32,000 bases of DNA, taken from NCBI RefSeq assembly GCF_001644705.1, contig NZ_CP015137.1, positions 4,110,001-4,142,000 of the forward strand. Direction: 5' to 3'. Shown in pieces: positions 20,010 to 27,833 of the stretch. How positions within the stretch are numbered: position 1 is the stretch's first letter; each line of letters opens with the position of its first letter. This DNA is from Dickeya solani IPO 2222 (lineage in GTDB: Bacteria > Pseudomonadota > Gammaproteobacteria > Enterobacterales > Enterobacteriaceae). Below the pieces are notes generated by a model. That model was not told where the DNA came from. It ran no database searches and saw only the letters and a program-made list of their open reading frames with translations. Both the position numbers and the translations under genes were made by a program.

Positions 20010-20783
20010 ATGCTGACTCAGGCGGAAGAGCGTCAGGCGAAAATCGTTGAATTTCTGCGCGAAGAGAATTTTGTTGATCTGCGCACGTTAACGAAGCGAT
20101 TCGAGGTGTCGGTCGCCACCGTCCGTCGGGATCTTTGCGACCTTGAAGGCGCTGGAATGCTGCGCAGGACGCATGGCGGCGCGGTTAATATCAATCAGGT
20201 CGCTCTGGACGCGACAAACGAGGCCCGTGCCGTCTGGAATCAGGCGGAGAAGGCGGCCATCGCCACTGCCGTCGCCGCAATGATTGCCGATGGCGACACC
20301 GTGCTTCTGGATGCCGGTACGACCGCGCTGGAAGTGGCTAAAAAGCTCGTCGGTCGTCAGAGCCTGACGCTGATCTCGAATGGCCTTGATATCATTGCTG
20401 AATTTTCGCGAGGCGAGGGGCAAAGCATTTACTCGGTCGGGGGCGAATTTACCGCAACGAACCGCTCATTCAGAGGCCCTTTGGCGGAGTATTTCATACG
20501 GCAGTTCAATGTCGACAAACTCATCCTGAATGCCGCGTCGATCGACGTCGACCGTGGTTTGATCTGCACTTCATCGCCGGTGAATGCGAGTGTCGCACGG
20601 GCCATGATCGACGTGTCGAACCGCGTCATTGTGGTGGCTGACCACTCGAAGTTCACAAAATCAAGCCTCTCGGTCATCACCCGGATAGAAGACGTGGGCG
20701 TCATTGTTACTGATGCCGGCGCCCGCGGCATCATCGAAACAGTACCTGAAAAACTGCGCAAGAAGTTTGTCATCGCGCACTGA
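20010..20783 (+). CDS. DeoR/GlpR-family transcriptional repressor (AccR-like); alternative start at 19992
   Basis: N-terminal wHTH (RQAKIVEFLREENFVDLRTLTKRFEVSVATVRRDLCDLE) plus a C-terminal DeoR sugar-phosphate sensor domain (DGDTVLLDAGTT ... VADHSKF). AAGG Shine-Dalgarno precedes ATG 20010. Confidence 0.9.
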   Translation: MLTQAEERQAKIVEFLREENFVDLRTLTKRFEVSVATVRRDLCDLEGAGMLRRTHGGAVNINQVALDATNEARAVWNQAEKAAIATAVAAMIADGDTVLLDAGTTALEVAKKLVGRQSLTLISNGLDIIAEFSRGEGQSIYSVGGEFTATNRSFRGPLAEYFIRQFNVDKLILNAASIDVDRGLICTSSPVNASVARAMIDVSNRVIVVADHSKFTKSSLSVITRIEDVGVIVTDAGARGIIETVPEKLRKKFVIAH

Positions 20784-20830
20784 ACCCCGACCCTCTGGTC
20801 GACGGCCCCGCTACTTAAGGAGTGGTTTGG

Positions 20831-22393
20831 ATGAAGATAAGAACCTTTATCGGTATGGCGGCGGTGATCGCCATATCCCTTTCAGGTGGAATCGCGGCCG
20901 CTCAGGAAGATAATCGTCCTGAGTTACGGATCGCGGTTCAGAAAAACCCGGAGACACAGGAGCCGGTCGACGCTGCGTCCAACGTCGCTTTCCGTAACAA
21001 TCCCTCGATTCACGAGACGCTGCTGAAACTTGACCTTGAGGGTCACTTCTCGGTGCAGCCGAATCTGGCGACCTCGTGGCGATGGATTGACGATAAAACC
21101 CTCGAAGTAAAGCTGCGCAAGGGGGTTATTTTCCATGACGGTCGTGAGATGACCGCTGAGGACGTCGCTTTTTCGTTCGGGCCGGAACGGTTGACTGACC
21201 CGAAGGCACCCGGTTATCCAACCTATCTGACCAGCTTTAGCAGTCTTGCGCATGTCGACGTGGTGGACCCGGACACCGTCCGTTTCGTCACCAAGTTCAA
21301 GGACCCCATCTTGTTACAGCGACTGGCCAGTTATGCCGCGGTGGTTATCAGCAAAGATGCCTGGGTTAAGATGGGCGGCGACTGGGCTAAGTGGAAGCAG
21401 AAACCGGTCGGCGCCGGCCCTTACAAGGTTCTCGAATCTGTCGCTAACGATCATGTCACGTTGGTCGCTCACGATCGGTATTTCGGTGGAAAGCCTAATG
21501 CGAAGCGCGTCACCTTCAGGGTGGTGCCGGAAGTGTCATCCCGTATCGCCGGCCTTCTGGCGGGCGACTATGACATCGCGACCGATCTGCCGCCGGACCA
21601 GCTCGACGTGGTGAACAAGTCCGGTAGCGCGACGATCGTCGGAGGCCCGGTGCCGAACAACCGCATCCTCTTCTTCGACAAGTACAACCCGGCGCTTAAG
21701 GATCCGCGCGTGCGTCAGGCGCTGATTCTTGCTATCGACCGTCAGGCGATCGTCGACACCATCTGGAACGGCCTGACCGTCGTCCCGAACGGCGAGCAGT
21801 TCAAGGAGTTCGGCCCCATCTACATGAAGGACCGGCCGAAATACGAATACAATCCGGAAAAAGCCCGGCAACTGCTGAAAGCGGCCGGCTACAAAGGCGA
21901 ACCGATCGCAATCCGCTCGCAGAACAACTACTACACGGCGGAAAACCCGGTCAGCGAAGCGGTCGTCGCCATGTGGCAGGCGGTCGGTATCAACGCCAAA
22001 CTGGAGTTTGTTGAAGCCGGCAAGCTCTTCGATAACGCCAACGGCCGGACGACCGGCAACTGGTCCAGCACCGCGGTTATTGCCGACCCTTACGTTTCCA
22101 TCTACTCGATGGCGTTCGCCAGAACCGCATCGATGGGCACGCAGAAGATCTGGATCAATGATGAATTCGATGCGCTCGGCGCAAAGCTTGAACAGGCCGT
22201 AGCCCCGGCGGATCGTGCCAAAATTTTCTCCGACATGCTGGACATCATTGAATGGAAGGACCCAGGCATCACGGTCCTTCACCAGAACGCCGTCTTCTTC
22301 GGCGTCTCCAACAAGGTGAAGTGGAAACCGCAGCACGCCTTCGCGATGGATCTGGGTCCGCAAAACCTGTCCTTCGTCAATGCCGCCATGTGA
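20831..22393 (+). CDS. ABC transporter periplasmic substrate-binding protein, family 5 (peptide/opine/nickel cluster C; AccA-like)
   Basis: Signal peptide MKIRTFIGMAAVIAISLSGGIAAAQ. Family-5 hallmarks include LATSWRWIDDKTLEVKLRKGVIFHDGREMTAEDVAFS and KPVGAGPYK. TAAGGAG Shine-Dalgarno lies 8 nt before ATG 20831. Confidence 0.9.
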   Translation: MKIRTFIGMAAVIAISLSGGIAAAQEDNRPELRIAVQKNPETQEPVDAASNVAFRNNPSIHETLLKLDLEGHFSVQPNLATSWRWIDDKTLEVKLRKGVIFHDGREMTAEDVAFSFGPERLTDPKAPGYPTYLTSFSSLAHVDVVDPDTVRFVTKFKDPILLQRLASYAAVVISKDAWVKMGGDWAKWKQKPVGAGPYKVLESVANDHVTLVAHDRYFGGKPNAKRVTFRVVPEVSSRIAGLLAGDYDIATDLPPDQLDVVNKSGSATIVGGPVPNNRILFFDKYNPALKDPRVRQALILAIDRQAIVDTIWNGLTVVPNGEQFKEFGPIYMKDRPKYEYNPEKARQLLKAAGYKGEPIAIRSQNNYYTAENPVSEAVVAMWQAVGINAKLEFVEAGKLFDNANGRTTGNWSSTAVIADPYVSIYSMAFARTASMGTQKIWINDEFDALGAKLEQAVAPADRAKIFSDMLDIIEWKDPGITVLHQNAVFFGVSNKVKWKPQHAFAMDLGPQNLSFVNAAM

Positions 22394-22403
22394 GGTTGTC
22401 ACG

Positions 22404-23285
22404 ATGCGTGAATCCGTTCTCTCGATTCAAGACTTGAGTATTTCCTTTCGCGCCGGAAAGACCAGAACGACGCCGGTCAAGTCGGTATCCTTTGACGTCA
22501 AGGAGGGCGAAATCCTGGGTATTGTGGGGGAGAGCGGTTCCGGAAAGTCGCTTTCATGCCTCGCCGTAGCCGGCCTGCTACCGGCAACGGCCCTGGCTTC
22601 CGGTTCGGTCGCCATTGGCGACCAGACGTTCGCCGCCGCCGATCTGCAACACGCGCTGGCGTCGAAACAACTTCCGCCTATCGGCATGATCTTCCAGGAA
22701 CCCGTATCCTGTCTCAATCCGGTACGCAGCGTTGGCGAGCAAATCGCCGAGGCGGCGCGAAGTGCCGGGCACCCTGCGGAAGAAGCCCGCAAGATTGCGC
22801 TAGAGCTCCTTAAGGACGTCGCCATCGACGAGCCGGAGACGCGCTACCATGATTATCCTTCGCAATTTTCCGGCGGTATGTGCCAGCGCGTCATGATCGC
22901 CACGGCGCTGGCGCTGGAACCGCAACTCGTCATCGCCGACGAGCCAACGACCGCACTCGACGTCACTGTCCAGGCTCAGGTGGTGTCGCTGCTGGTGTCG
23001 CTGGTGCGCAGCCGCGGCATTGCCATGATTTTCATCAGCCACGACCTTGATCTGGTCGCGGAGGTCTGCGATCGCATCGTCGTGATGTACGGCGGCGAGA
23101 TCATGGAAGTCGGCACGACTGAAAGCGTCTATGAACGACCGAGTCATCCCTACACCCGGCTTTTGCTCGACGCGATGCCGGGGCACGGCGAACCGCTCAC
23201 CCGATTGGTGGAAATGCCTCAGCACTGGCGGCTCGACGCGGCTGCATCACTAACCTCAGCAACCTCAGCGGAGCGCTTGTCATGA
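22404..23285 (+). CDS. ABC transporter ATP-binding protein (OppD/DppD-like)
   Basis: Walker A GESGSGKS, signature [15 protein letters not shown], Walker [18 protein letters not shown] Shine-Dalgarno precedes ATG 22404. Confidence 0.93.
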   Translation: MRESVLSIQDLSISFRAGKTRTTPVKSVSFDVKEGEILGIVGESGSGKSLSCLAVAGLLPATALASGSVAIGDQTFAAADLQHALASKQLPPIGMIFQEPVSCLNPVRSVGEQIAEAARSAGHPAEEARKIALELLKDVAIDEPETRYHDYPSQFSGGMCQRVMIATALALEPQLVIADEPTTALDVTVQAQVVSLLVSLVRSRGIAMIFISHDLDLVAEVCDRIVVMYGGEIMEVGTTESVYERPSHPYTRLLLDAMPGHGEPLTRLVEMPQHWRLDAAASLTSATSAERLS

Positions 23286-24154
23286 GTGTGCAAGCAATAG
23301 GCAGGCCGACCGTTCTTGAGGCCCGCGATCTGGATTTCACTTATCACGCTGGATTTTCTCTTTTGCCGGGCGGTCGGGTCGGTCACCATGCCGTCCGCGG
23401 TGTTTCCCTCACGCTTGGTCAGGGCGAAACGCTCGGTTTGGTCGGCGAGTCCGGATGCGGGAAATCAACCCTTGCCGCACTGCTGTGCGGCGACTACCCG
23501 CCGGATCATGGAACAATGGAACTCTTCGGCGAACCCTTCGCCAGCTATCTCAGGCCGAATCGCCGGCGTTTGGCTCGCGTTCTCCAGGTCGTCGCACAGG
23601 ATACGCTCGGGGCCTTCGACCCGCGCCATACCATCGGCCGGCAGATCGAGGAAGTGCTCTTTATTCATGCTATCGGCTGCAAGAGCGAGCGGCGCGATAG
23701 GGCTAAAGACGCGCTCGGTGCCGTTGCGCTGCCGGGCGCTATGCTAGACCGCTATCCGCATCAGATGTCGGGAGGCCAGAGGCAACGTGCCGCCATCGCT
23801 CGGGCGCTGGTGACCGAACCCAAGATCCTGCTGTGCGATGAACCGGTCTCGGCGCTGGATGTGTCGGTCCAGGCGCAGGTGCTCAATCTCCTGCTCGAGC
23901 TCCAGGAGAAGCGCGGTCTTTCGATCCTGTTCATCAGTCACGATGTGCGTGTGGTACGCCATGTGTCGCACCGGGTCGTCGTGATGCAGGCCGGTCGTGT
24001 AGTGGAGAGCGGGCCGACGTCAACCGTCTTCGCCGCGCCGTCCGATCCCTATACCGCGAAACTGCTGGCTGCCGTGCCGAAAGGGAAGCGGCGCGCCACG
24101 TCTGCGGATAGGGCGAGTAACCGCTCAATTCTGACGGAGGCGAGAGCATGCTGA
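23282..24154 (+). CDS. ABC transporter ATP-binding protein (OppF/DppF-like)
   Basis: Walker A GESGCGKST, signature MSGGQRQRAAIARAL, Walker B LLCDEPVSALD. ATGA overlap with the preceding ATPase gene. Confidence 0.93.
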   Translation: MSVQAIGRPTVLEARDLDFTYHAGFSLLPGGRVGHHAVRGVSLTLGQGETLGLVGESGCGKSTLAALLCGDYPPDHGTMELFGEPFASYLRPNRRRLARVLQVVAQDTLGAFDPRHTIGRQIEEVLFIHAIGCKSERRDRAKDALGAVALPGAMLDRYPHQMSGGQRQRAAIARALVTEPKILLCDEPVSALDVSVQAQVLNLLLELQEKRGLSILFISHDVRVVRHVSHRVVVMQAGRVVESGPTSTVFAAPSDPYTAKLLAAVPKGKRRATSADRASNRSILTEARAC

Positions 24155-25074
24155 ACATCATGACCGGCTCCTTTTTTCGCGCGATATTGACGGTTTTTCT
24201 TGTCGTTACCTTCACCTTCGTCATGCTGCGCATCAGCGGCGACCCGATGACGTCGCTCCTCGGTGTCGAAGCCCCGCCGCAGGTGGTTGACATGCTGCGC
24301 CAGCAATGGGGTTTGGATCGCCCGGTGACCGAACAGTATTTCACCTATCTCGCACGGATGCTGACCGGCGATTTCGGCACCTCGCTGCGAAGCGGTCAGG
24401 ACGCGCTTGCCATCATCATTGAGAAGGTTCCGGCGACGCTGCGGCTGATGGCGGCTGCGCTGGTACTGGCGCTGGCGGCAGGTGTCCCGCTGGGTATCGT
24501 CGCGGCACGCTATCGTGGCGGATTTGTCGACCGTGCGGTGATGAGCCTCGCCGTGTTGACGCACTCTGTGCCAACCTTCCTGACCGGCATTCTCTTGATC
24601 CAGCTGTTTGCCGTGAAGTTGCGGCTGCTGCCCTCTGGCGGCGGGTCGACGCTCGCCCACATGGTGATGCCTACCCTGGTGATCGGGCTTTACAATGCCG
24701 GCGTCATCGCGAGATTCGTCCGTTCAAGCGCGCTGGAGGTTATCGGGCAACGCTATATCCTCGCCGCCCGAGCGAAGCGGGTATCGGAGTGGGGGCTTAT
24801 CGTGAGGCATGTGATGCCGAACGCAGCGCTTCCCTTACTGACACTGCTCGGATTCCTGCTCGGCGGCATGATCGGCGGCTCAGCGGTGATCGAGGCGGTA
24901 TACGCCTGGCCCGGCGTCGGCCTGCTACTTATCAGTTCGGTCGCTTCCCGCGACGTCGCGGTGGTGCAGGCGATTGTCATTCTCATCACCGTTGCCATGG
25001 TCAGCGCCAACCTGCTGGTCGATTTCCTGCATGCGATGGCTGACCCCCGTCTGCGCTACGCGAAACGGGCTTGA
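24148..25074 (+). CDS. ABC transporter permease (DppB/OppB-like)
   Basis: Six-TM BPD-transport protein with N-terminal ..RAILTVFLVVTFTFVMLRISGDPM typical of DppB/OppB. GGAGG Shine-Dalgarno lies 7 nt before ATG 24148. Overlaps the ATPase stop by 7 nt. Confidence 0.9.
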   Translation: MLNIMTGSFFRAILTVFLVVTFTFVMLRISGDPMTSLLGVEAPPQVVDMLRQQWGLDRPVTEQYFTYLARMLTGDFGTSLRSGQDALAIIIEKVPATLRLMAAALVLALAAGVPLGIVAARYRGGFVDRAVMSLAVLTHSVPTFLTGILLIQLFAVKLRLLPSGGGSTLAHMVMPTLVIGLYNAGVIARFVRSSALEVIGQRYILAARAKRVSEWGLIVRHVMPNAALPLLTLLGFLLGGMIGGSAVIEAVYAWPGVGLLLISSVASRDVAVVQAIVILITVAMVSANLLVDFLHAMADPRLRYAKRA

Positions 25075-25085
25075 GGGAGGGATTC

Positions 25086-25964
25086 ATGGCCGATATCACC
25101 CCCGAATCACCCAAGCTGCTTTCCGGCTTCTTCGCCGGACTTCCACGCATCAATCCGCTGCTGGCGGTATGCGTGTTGGTCATCGTGCTTGCCGTCGGTC
25201 TTGCCGTATTCGCCGACGTGCTGGCGCCATATGGCTTCGCCCAGATCGACCTGAGGGCACGCAAGATGCCGCCACTCCACTTCGGGGCCGGTTCCACGCA
25301 TTGGCTCGGCACCGATGAGATGGGGCGCGATATCCTAAGCCGCATCTTCTACGCGCTGCGTATGAGCATCTTGATATCGCTCGGCGCGTCGATCATCAGC
25401 ATGATCATCGGTACGGCGCTTGGCCTCATCTCAAGTTTCCGTCGTGGTCTCGTCGACGCCATCATTCGGGTGGCGGTCGATTTTCAGGCCTCCATGCCGT
25501 TTATTATCATTGCCCTCACGGTGCTGGCGTTTCTCGGCAACAGCCTCACTCTTTTTATCTGCCTGCTTGGTTTGTTTGGTTGGGAACGGTTTGCGCGCCT
25601 GACGCGGACCATGGCCGGTCTTGAACTGGGAAAGCCCTATATCGCCGCTCTGCATCGCAATGGCGCGGGGAGTTTTCGTATCGCGATGGTTCACGTTCTT
25701 CCCAATATCCTGGCTGTGGTACTGGTCACATTCACGGTGGTGATGCCTGAAATCCTCATTCTGGAATCGTCGCTGAGTTTCCTTGGCCTCGGTGTGCAGC
25801 CGCCACAGGTCAGCCTGGGTTCCTTGGTTGGCGCCGGCCGCGACTACATCATGACCGAGTGGTGGATCGCTATCGTTCCGGGCGTGGTCATCTTCGTCCT
25901 GTCGCTAACCATTAGTCTCATCGGCGACCAGCTACGCGACATCTTTGACCCGACACTGAAATGA
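25086..25964 (+). CDS. ABC transporter permease (DppC/OppC-like)
   Basis: HWLGTDEMGRDILSRIFYALRMSI, the conserved DppC/OppC N-terminal motif. GGGAGG Shine-Dalgarno lies 5 nt before ATG 25086. Confidence 0.9.
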   Translation: MADITPESPKLLSGFFAGLPRINPLLAVCVLVIVLAVGLAVFADVLAPYGFAQIDLRARKMPPLHFGAGSTHWLGTDEMGRDILSRIFYALRMSILISLGASIISMIIGTALGLISSFRRGLVDAIIRVAVDFQASMPFIIIALTVLAFLGNSLTLFICLLGLFGWERFARLTRTMAGLELGKPYIAALHRNGAGSFRIAMVHVLPNILAVVLVTFTVVMPEILILESSLSFLGLGVQPPQVSLGSLVGAGRDYIMTEWWIAIVPGVVIFVLSLTISLIGDQLRDIFDPTLK

Positions 25965-26042
25965 TCGAAGCGCGCTGATTTCATCGCGCAGCGCGATTGA
26001 GCGCGAAACCGCGCTAAACGAATGTAAACAGGAGGAATGAAC

Positions 26043-26843
26043 ATGAATCCGCTAAGAATGACGCCAGAGACCCTGCGCCTCGGCGGCCACCGCGGCCATA
26101 GCGCCGGGGCACCGGAAAACACCCTCGCCGCGTTTAAAAAGGCGTTTGAATACGGCGGCCGCGGCGTGACCTGTGAAACCGACCTCGGCATCACCCGCGA
26201 TGGCGAACTGGTGCTGATTCACGACAACACGGTTGACCGCACCACCAACGGTCGCGGCCTGGTGCAAAACATGACCTATGCCGAACTCGCCCAACTCGAT
26301 GCCGGACAATGGTTCAGCCATGAATTCGCCGGAGAGCGCGTTCCGCGGCTCAGGGATGCGCTACAGCTTGCCCGCGAGCTTGGCATCATCTATCAGCTTG
26401 AGCTCAAGTTATACGATCGCAATGAGGTGCTTTTCCCGAAGCTCAGCGCGCTGATTGATGAACTGGACTGTGCCGACCTGTTGCAGTTTTCCTCGTTTGA
26501 CTACGTGCAACTGAAGGCGGTGAAAGCGGCGATACCTGAAGTGCCGACCGTCGGACTGATGCATTCTCGTTTGATCGACCCTGCCGCGCTGGCCCGGCAA
26601 GCCAACCTTGATGCGATGAACATTGAGATCTACCACTTTGCCAGCGGAGAGGCGCGCCAGCTGCATGACGAGGGCTTTGCCGCCTTCCTCTACCTGCCTG
26701 CTCAGGAACACCAGAAGCGCAAGGACTACGGTGTCGATATCGAAGCTCAGGTCGTGCAATGGATTCGTGAGGGGCAGTTGGATCAACTGCTGGGCGATGA
26801 CGTTGCTCAGGTAGCAAGACTCAAAGAAGAAGCCTGTGGCTGA
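26043..26843 (+). CDS. glycerophosphodiester phosphodiesterase family protein (GDPD; UgpQ/AccF-like), cytoplasmic
   Basis: GDPD catalytic motifs GGHRGHSAGAPENT, CETDL and LIHDNTVDRTTNG. No signal peptide. AGGAGG Shine-Dalgarno lies 7 nt before ATG 26043; ATG 26037 is too close to it. Confidence 0.88.
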   Translation: MNPLRMTPETLRLGGHRGHSAGAPENTLAAFKKAFEYGGRGVTCETDLGITRDGELVLIHDNTVDRTTNGRGLVQNMTYAELAQLDAGQWFSHEFAGERVPRLRDALQLARELGIIYQLELKLYDRNEVLFPKLSALIDELDCADLLQFSSFDYVQLKAVKAAIPEVPTVGLMHSRLIDPAALARQANLDAMNIEIYHFASGEARQLHDEGFAAFLYLPAQEHQKRKDYGVDIEAQVVQWIREGQLDQLLGDDVAQVARLKEEACG

Positions 26844-26866
26844 TACGTAGATGGTGCCCTGACGCG

Positions 26867-26878
26867 GGCTATCGTTCC
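26867..26878 (+). repeat. right copy of the 12-bp perfect direct repeat GGCTATCGTTCC
   Basis: Identical to 19772-19783. Lies 23 nt after the GDPD stop, in the short spacer before the AraC-family gene. Confidence 0.55.
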
Positions 26879-26957
26879 TGACCTGGAAAGACCCATTCCT
26901 AATGGTGGGCGCTTGTTTTACTCTGTGGCCTGAGGCGATATTTTTGCAGGGTGATAG

Positions 26958-27833
26958 ATGAGTCAGTACGAGGCGTTCGAGGTGTTACAGCATTATAAAA
27001 CCCAGTTGCAGGAAACGGTCACGCTTGCCAACGAGGTGCAACTGGCGGTCTGGCGGAACAGTCACGACCGGGTCACGTTAGAGAACGCCCACCACCACAC
27101 GTTCAGCATGTACGTGCAGGACGGCTACGAAAGCTACCACAAGCGCCCGGACGGGTGGTTCAACGGCGGTGCGCCGGGGCGTTTTTGTCTGATGCCGAAA
27201 GAGAGCCAGTCCACCTGGGATATTCGCGGTAGCCTGCGTTTCGCCCACTTTTACTGTACCGATCAGCACCTGCGCCAGTTGGCGGAGCAAACCTGGGATC
27301 GCAGCCCGACGTCGATCCGTCTTGATGAACGCATTTTTATCGTCGACCCGGCGCTGGAGGCGCTGTACCGCCATTTTCTGCTCGCCGGCAACTGGGGCGA
27401 CCCGGCCAGTCAGATGACGCTGAGTTCCGCTTCCACGCTGGTGATGCTGCATATGTTGCGTCAGTACAGCCAGTTGCAGTGGCAGGCGCCGAACAGCCGC
27501 GGCGGGCTGGCCCCGGCGGTGCTGCGGCGGGTAAAAGCGCGGATTGACGCCGGGCTGGGGGAGCCGCTCACGCTGGCCGAGCTGGCGGCGGAAGCCGATC
27601 TTAGCGAGTTTCATTTTTCCCGCATGTTCCGCCAGAGCGAAGGCATGGCGCCGCATCAGTATGTGATGAAGCGGCGACTGGCGCAGGCGGAACAGTGGCT
27701 GCGCCACAGCCGTCGTTCCATCACCGATATCGCGCTGGCCTGCGGGTTCAGCTCCGCCAGTCATTTCAGCCAGCGTTTTCGCGCCGAATACGGCATCACG
27801 CCCTCGGCGCTGCGCCAGCAATGCTCAGGCTGA
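26958..27833 (+). CDS. AraC-family transcriptional regulator
   Basis: C-terminal double HTH (LTLAELAAEADLSEFHFSRMFRQSEGMAPHQYVMKRRL ... ITDIALACGFSSASHFSQRFRAEYGITPS) with an N-terminal ligand/dimerisation domain. Confidence 0.88.
   Translation: MSQYEAFEVLQHYKTQLQETVTLANEVQLAVWRNSHDRVTLENAHHHTFSMYVQDGYESYHKRPDGWFNGGAPGRFCLMPKESQSTWDIRGSLRFAHFYCTDQHLRQLAEQTWDRSPTSIRLDERIFIVDPALEALYRHFLLAGNWGDPASQMTLSSASTLVMLHMLRQYSQLQWQAPNSRGGLAPAVLRRVKARIDAGLGEPLTLAELAAEADLSEFHFSRMFRQSEGMAPHQYVMKRRLAQAEQWLRHSRRSITDIALACGFSSASHFSQRFRAEYGITPSALRQQCSG

Larger units (their letters stand above)
19784..26866. other. putative horizontally acquired islet (acc-like transport/catabolism module) bounded by the direct repeats
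   Basis: Bounded by the 12-bp direct repeats. By eye, internal genes use CTT/CTC/TCG/GAC-type codons much more than the CTG-dominated flanking genes. The content is a self-contained regulator-transporter-enzyme unit. Confidence 0.45.

Noticed and set aside
21536-22402. A 288-aa minus-strand ORF opposite the binding-protein gene. Similar antisense ORFs occur at 24049-24660, 27078-27821, 29748-30605 and 30985-31962.
   Set aside because: All are antisense to genes with clear family motifs, and their compositions are typical of spurious GC-rich frames.
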